Shown here: piece after piece, positions 56,019-64,000 of the stretch
Layout of the letters: each line of letters begins with the position of its first letter
How positions within the stretch are numbered: the first letter of the stretch is position 1
From: Octopus vulgaris
Lineage: Eukaryota
Length of the DNA stretch: 64,000 nucleotides
Assembly (NCBI GenBank): GCA_951406725.2
Contig: OX597831.1
Span: 32,984,001 to 33,048,000, forward strand
Reading direction: 5' to 3'
The notes under the pieces: generated by a model
Seen by the model: only the letters and a program-made list of their open reading frames with translations
The model's database searches: none
Told to the model about the DNA's origin: nothing
Position numbers and translations under genes: made by a program

Positions 56019-56019
<1 letters not shown>
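55788..56019 (+). mobile_element. Non-autonomous Helitron in (AAT)n
   Basis: A|TC start, hairpin CGGC-GTT-GCCG at 55995-56005, CTAG|T end, no TSD. Confidence 0.88.
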
Positions 56020-56075
<56 letters not shown>

Positions 56076-56077
<2 letters not shown>

Positions 56078-56807
56078 GTTTATGGCTAATATCCAGGGTG
56101 AACAACATGATGGATGTGCAGCAACTGTAGTTACAACGAAGGTAAAATCAATAACATAGCAAAATTCGTTTGAACAGTTGGCTCATAGGTGTGAACATAA
56201 ACCTCCGCATGGCAAATATGTGGCTACGGAGCTCAGGGCTAAAGGCAGAGATTGAAGGATTTATCTTGGCTGCTCAAGATCAGAGCTTATTGACCCGAAA
56301 CAATCAAGCCAATGGGATGATAAATGGTGTAGACTCAAAGTTTTTTTTTTTTTGGAAGCACTCCGTCGGCTACGACGATAAGGGTTCCGGTTGGTCCGAA
56401 TCAACGGAACAGCCTGCTCGTGAAATTAAGGTGTAAGTGGCTGAGCACTCCACAGACACGTGCACCCTTAACGTAGTTCTCGGGGATATTCAGCGTGACA
56501 CAGAGAGCAACAAGGCCGGCCCCTTGAAATACAGGTACAACAGAAACAGGAAGTAAGAGTGAGAGAAAGTTGTGGTGAAAGAGTACAGCAGGGATCACCA
56601 CCATCCCCTGCCGGAGCCTCGTGGAGCTTTTAGGTGTTTTCGCTCAATAAACACTCACAACGCCCGGTCTGGGAATCGAAACCGCGATCCTATGACCGCG
56701 AGTCCGCTGCCCTAACCACTGGGCCATTGCGCCTCCACGTAGACTCAAAGTACCGATACTGCAACGATAGGATTGAAACAATGGACCGCCTAATCTCTGG
56801 ATGTAAG
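56076..56807 (+). mobile_element. R4/Dong-type LINE fragment interrupted by SINE B
   Basis: WLRSSGLKAEIEGFILAAQDQSLLTRN...VDSK|YRYCNDRIETMDRLISGC (degenerate CCHC knuckle). Confidence 0.85.
56341..56738 (-). mobile_element. SINE family B with oligo(A) tail and perfect TSD
   Basis: TSD GTAGACTCAAAG at 56329-56340 and 56739-56750. T13 tract on the plus strand. Confidence 0.95.
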
Positions 56808-57012
56808 GTTTCTCAACAATTTTTGGAATTTTACTTTGTCTATTGCTTTTCTGTTAGTTTATTCTAGTATTTGCCATGTAAGGACTTTTCTTGCCATCGC
56901 TTTATCATGATCCGTTGCTGTTCCAGTTTTAGTTTGGATTTCAGTTGCTTTACAACATTTACTCTTTGCTCTTTATCTTCGCTGATGTCAGGTAATATGA
57001 CCCCTTTCTTGT
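56808..57012 (-). mobile_element. Second R4/Dong-type fragment, opposite orientation
   Basis: Minus strand KSKLKLEQQRIMIKRWQEKSLHGKY*. Borders (ATT)n. Confidence 0.7.
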
Positions 57013-57029
57013 ATTATTATTATCATTAT

Positions 57030-57196
57030 ACTCTTTTTTACTTGTTTCAGTCATTTGACTGTGGCCATGTTGGAGCATCGCCTTTAGTCGAAGAAATCGA
57101 CCTCAGGACTTATTCTTTTGCCGAACCGCTAGGTTACGGGCACGTAAACATACTAGCATCGGTTGTCAAGCGACGTTGGGGGACAAACACAGACAC

Positions 57197-57265
<69 letters not shown>

Positions 57266-57436
57266 CATATATACGACGGGCTTCTTTCAGTTTCCATCTA
57301 CCAAATCCACTCACAAGGCTTTGGTCGGCCCGAGGCTATAGTAGAAGACACTTGCCCAAGGTGCCACGCAGTGGGACTGAACCCAGGATCATGTGGTTGG
57401 TAAGCAAGCTACTTACCACACAGCCACTCCTGCGCC
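57030..57436 (-). mobile_element. SINE family C (full length)
   Basis: Reverse complement of 50920-51333. Confidence 0.92.
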
Positions 57437-57437
57437 T

Positions 57438-59397
<1,960 letters not shown>

Positions 59398-59483
59398 TTT
59401 GCTATTTTTGATTCCTTTTATGTACGCCGTCTCTTTTTGTATCTCCATTTGTGGCTTCTCTCTCTCTTTCTCTCTGTCACCAT

Positions 59484-59521
<38 letters not shown>

Positions 59522-59670
59522 TAGATGCATATATATAAACTTACATATACATATATGAAAGCATATGCCTTAATACATGAATATTTACACACACACACAT
59601 ATATACATATATTAAATATACCTACTTTGACACACGCATCTTCACGTATATAAGTACAGGCATATAATCA

Positions 59671-59758
<88 letters not shown>

Positions 59759-59767
59759 CTATATACA

Positions 59768-59885
<118 letters not shown>

Positions 59886-59887
59886 TT

Positions 59888-59923
<36 letters not shown>

Positions 59924-60592
59924 TCTACGCATATATACTTACAGATGCATTTATCAATGTATGTATTTGTGAGTGTGTAGCGACAAATTGCTTCCATCAG
60001 AGTAACAGAAGATATAAGTTCATAGATAAGAGTCGGAATTCTTCAACTATTAAATCTGTCGCATCCTCCATCTAGGAACAAAAAAAAAATCAAAAACAAA
60101 ACAAAAGCAACAACAAAAAGATAAAAAACAAAAAAAAATTACGAAATAAAAACACTAAGAATTGAAATCTGTTACAAAACTTGATTAAACGATAAACCAG
60201 ATTGATTAGTTTGATAGAAGCGTGTTTTAGCGATTGCTTCCCTTTCCTTCACCACTCTTCGGCGTGAAAAAGATAGAGAAATAAGCGGAAAATCGTTGAT
60301 CGCTCTCAATTCTCTGGTTAGCGTTGATAAGTAAATAAAGGCAACGAAGCAATATAGAAATATAATAGATAGGTAAATAAATAAATATAATAGCTAGATA
60401 AATAAATAAATAAACCGGGTAAATACAATCAATAAGAAATATAAATATATAAACTTAGTTTCCGTGAACATCTGGTGAAGTGATACATCTATATATACGT
60501 ATATTTAATTTTATGTTTTTCTTCTTTCTCAGATATTTGATTTTGTTACACGTATCATACACTCGCCTCCCCCACCTACACACATATATAGG

Positions 60593-60695
<103 letters not shown>

Positions 60696-61121
60696 TATAT
60701 ATGCATATATATATATGCATATATATAGGTGTATAGATATTTGTTATCTACAATATTTAGTACTTCGATTTAGATTTACAATTTGGCTTATGTCGATACA
60801 GATATATAAATCTCATTATTATATATAGCTTCTATTAGTATAATCAAGCTGTGCTCGCCTTTATATTGCCCTCAGCTAAGTGACTAACTTCATCTGCCTC
60901 GTGTTTCTACATATATCTTCTCTGTTTGTCTGCCTGCCTGTCTGTCTGTTTGTCTGCCTGCCTGTCTGTCTGTTTCTCTGTCTCCCTCTCTCTTTCTCCC
61001 GATACATGGTTTTCTCCTCTCTGCTTTCTCCATATCAGTATGCATTTTATGTATGCAGTATGTATTTTAAGCATGTACATGGAAGTCTGTACATATGTAT
61101 CTCTCTCTCCCCCCTCTCCCC

Positions 61122-61191
<70 letters not shown>

Positions 61192-61202
61192 TTATCTATC
61201 TT

Positions 61203-61261
<59 letters not shown>

Positions 61262-61463
61262 GTATATGTTAGCATAGGCACGCATATATGATATATGTTT
61301 GTGTGTGTGTGTGTGTGTATGCACACATGCATACACATCAACGCACACAGAGAGACTCACATATACATATATTCATATTTTCATACATACACACTTATGT
61401 ATGTATAATATATATGCACACACACACACACATATATATATATATACAGAGAGACAGAGAGAG

Positions 61464-61515
<52 letters not shown>

Positions 61516-61935
61516 ACAGAAAGAGATAGCGAGAGAGGCACACTATGTATAATCTTTATCCATCCTTGCAATTTCTGCAATTTCTTCCCTATCATGCAGG
61601 CGTGTGAAAATGCTAAACACGATGGCGGTGTTTGCATAAGTTGGTAACGAAATTATAATGACATCAGTTCCGAAAGATTGTTTCAAACAGTAAAACAATC
61701 AAGCTGAGAACTGCACCGATGCTCCTCATCTCTCCTACCTTACACCTTATCCTCATATTTAGACATATGTTAGTTATATCTTTATGTTTATTTTATTGTA
61801 TATTATTCTATTAGATTTTATTTCATTGATGGTGGAATATACGGAGATAACGGCAAAACAACAACCAAATACGACAAAAACAACAAAAGTAACTATATCA
61901 TTTAGCTACTGCTGCTACAATAATAACAACAACAG

Positions 61936-61994
<59 letters not shown>

Positions 61995-62094
61995 GTATTA
62001 ACGAATCGGCGGTATTTCACGGCAATGAACAAATTATGCTTCATAAGTCTACACTGCAAAACTTGGCTCTCTGTCTGTTTATGGCGAGGGTAGT

Positions 62095-62575
62095 GATACT
62101 GGTGGTAGAGGTGGTGGTGTTGGTAGTTGTAGTTGAGATGGTGATGGTGGCGGTAGTGATTGTGGTGGTGTTAGTGGCGACGGCGGCAGCGGCGGTGGTG
62201 GTTGTGGCGAGAGTAGTGATGCCGGTAGTGGTGATGGTGGTGGTTGTAGTAGTAATTGTGATGGTGGCGATAGTGATTGTGGTGGTTGTGGTGGTGGTGG
62301 TGTTGGTGTTGGTGGTGGTGGTGGTGTTGGTGTTGGTGGTGGTGTTGGTGGTGGTGTTGGTGGTGGTGGTGTTGGTGGTTGTGTGTTATCTGTGGTTGTA
62401 GCGATGGCGGCGATGGTTATGGTTGGTGGAGGTGGTGGTGGTTACCAGTAGTGATCGTGTTGGTGGCGGCGGCAGCAGTGGTGGTGGCAATGGTGACGAT
62501 GGTATTGGTGGTAATGGTATTGGCGGTGTTGGCGGTGGTGGTCTTGGTAGCCGTCAGGATGATAGCAGTAGTGAT
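62095..62575. repeat. Degenerate (GGT)n array
   Basis: Direct reading. Confidence 0.9.
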
Positions 62576-62859
62576 AATGCCAAAGTTAGTGGTATCAGTA
62601 TTTAGAACAAACTGGAAGACCGATGCCGTTCGTAAAGTTGACTATCTTTGTATTATTTCCTTACTATATATTAGTATACATACGTAACACCTACAATTAC
62701 GACTTTAATAACACACACACACACAAACACATACACACACACACACACGTGCGCACACCCACACACGCATGCACACATGCGCACACGCAGGCTCACACGC
62801 ATGCACATACACACATATGTAGGTATTACTCTTTCACTGTAAAAGGAGAAAAAGACACC

Positions 62860-63153
62860 CTTCGGTTATGAATGACCATGGAATTGAACTTAGAAAGTTA
62901 CCTTCCGAGGCACGAGTCCGGACAAGGTTGTTTCTGGAAGACCAGAAGTCGCCCAGGAATATCAGCCTCCACTCTCCACGTCCCCGATGTTAACCAAGGC
63001 AAAGGCAAAAACCGATACAGCTTAGTACCAACGACATCGCAACTCCATTTCTACAGCTGAGTGAACTGGAGCAACACAGTACGGTCCGGGAATCGAACTC
63101 ACTACCTTATGATTGTGAGCCCGACACTGTAGCCACTAAGCCATGCGCCTTCA
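62860..63153 (-). mobile_element. tRNA-derived SINE family F
   Basis: Minus-strand head GTGAAGGCGCATGGCTTAGTGG and B box GAGTTCGATTCC. Tail homologous to 3790-3972. Confidence 0.8.
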
Positions 63154-63460
63154 CTCTATCACTGTATCGACCAGATTATCGGATGTTGTCGTACAACATT
63201 GGCCAACAGACGCTTCTTCGTATTGTTGCAGCTTTCGAAAGATGCAAGCGCTTAATATCATGACATTCTCAAATGAACGGGACGCCAATCTGTGGCAGGG
63301 CTATCATCACTGGATTGAGTAAAGTGAAATGAAGTGTTTTGCTCAAGGGTATCGGAACAACGGTCTTGAGAATATTATACATAATTATCTGACACTAATT
63401 TCCCACTATATTGGAAGTGTTGTAACTCTGAATGGCAGAAAAAAATTGTACCGTATATAT

Positions 63461-63985
63461 ATATATTAGACAAAATGAGATAACATAGCCAAGGCTGTGA
63501 GGAGTTTTCAGGACATTTACAAGGAAAAAGATATACATATAGTCTTTTCAGCTGTTTCTGGGATATTATGGATATCTTTCATCAGAGACGACGTGAACTG
63601 GTTTAATAGAGGTAAATATTTGAGTTCGAAATAAGGAATTATTATGGAAAAGGGAGAGATAGGGAATATAGAGAGAACTCAAATATTTACCTCTATTTAA
63701 CTATCTCACATCATCTCTGATGAAGGGATATCCATAATATCCCAGAAACAGCTGTAAAACTATATCTATATCTTTTTCTTTATAAATGTCCTGAAAACTC
63801 CACACAGTCTTGGCTTTGTTGTCTCATATTGTCTAATATATATATGTATGCTAATACAAAACCTACATTAGATTCCTCACTCGTATCATTATCTTACCAA
63901 GAGTTTAGCTACGGTCTGTCCATAACACTTACTTAACGTTACCTGCCACTCTTTGGGTCTTCTAGATACCAATACCTCTCATATC
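63461..63985. mobile_element. Fold-back element (pLTR-like) with hammerhead motifs in both arms
   Basis: Arms ~63461-63627 / 63675-63843, 47-nt spacer, then a unique extension toward (TATC)n. Confidence 0.75.
63712..63762 (+). ncRNA. Type I hammerhead-like motif (decayed stem I)
   Basis: CTGATGA-A-GGGATAT-CCATA-ATATCCC-A-GAAA-C-AGCT-GTA: 7-bp stem II, palindromic stem III ACAGCTGT. Confidence 0.65.
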
Positions 63986-64000
63986 TATCTATCTATCTAT

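Overview
AT-rich eukaryotic non-coding DNA, extremely dense in microsatellites. I infer an octopus/coleoid cephalopod origin from the SINE families and repeat density. No host protein-coding gene, rRNA, true tRNA gene or CRISPR array is supported, and nearly all ORF-track entries are translations of simple repeats. The window is a retroelement graveyard: two 5'-truncated CR1/L2-group LINEs, an L1/Tx1-type LINE 3' end, many R4/Dong-type (RLE) LINE fragments in (TAA)n arrays, an RLE-like LINE end in (TATG)n, at least five tRNA-derived SINE families, two non-autonomous Helitrons and a hAT-Charlie-like MITE. The most striking signal is a set of fold-back elements bordered by (TA)n or related dinucleotide tracts, several carrying minimal type I hammerhead ribozyme motifs with palindromic stem III (Penelope pLTR/retrozyme-like). 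One is a near-perfect 480-bp palindrome with a ribozyme on each strand. Also notable are a LINE-SINE pair with a covarying 3' stem-loop, a templated local inversion, and an orphan 35-bp RNA-like hairpin. All coordinates were read by eye, so boundaries of degenerate repeats are approximate.
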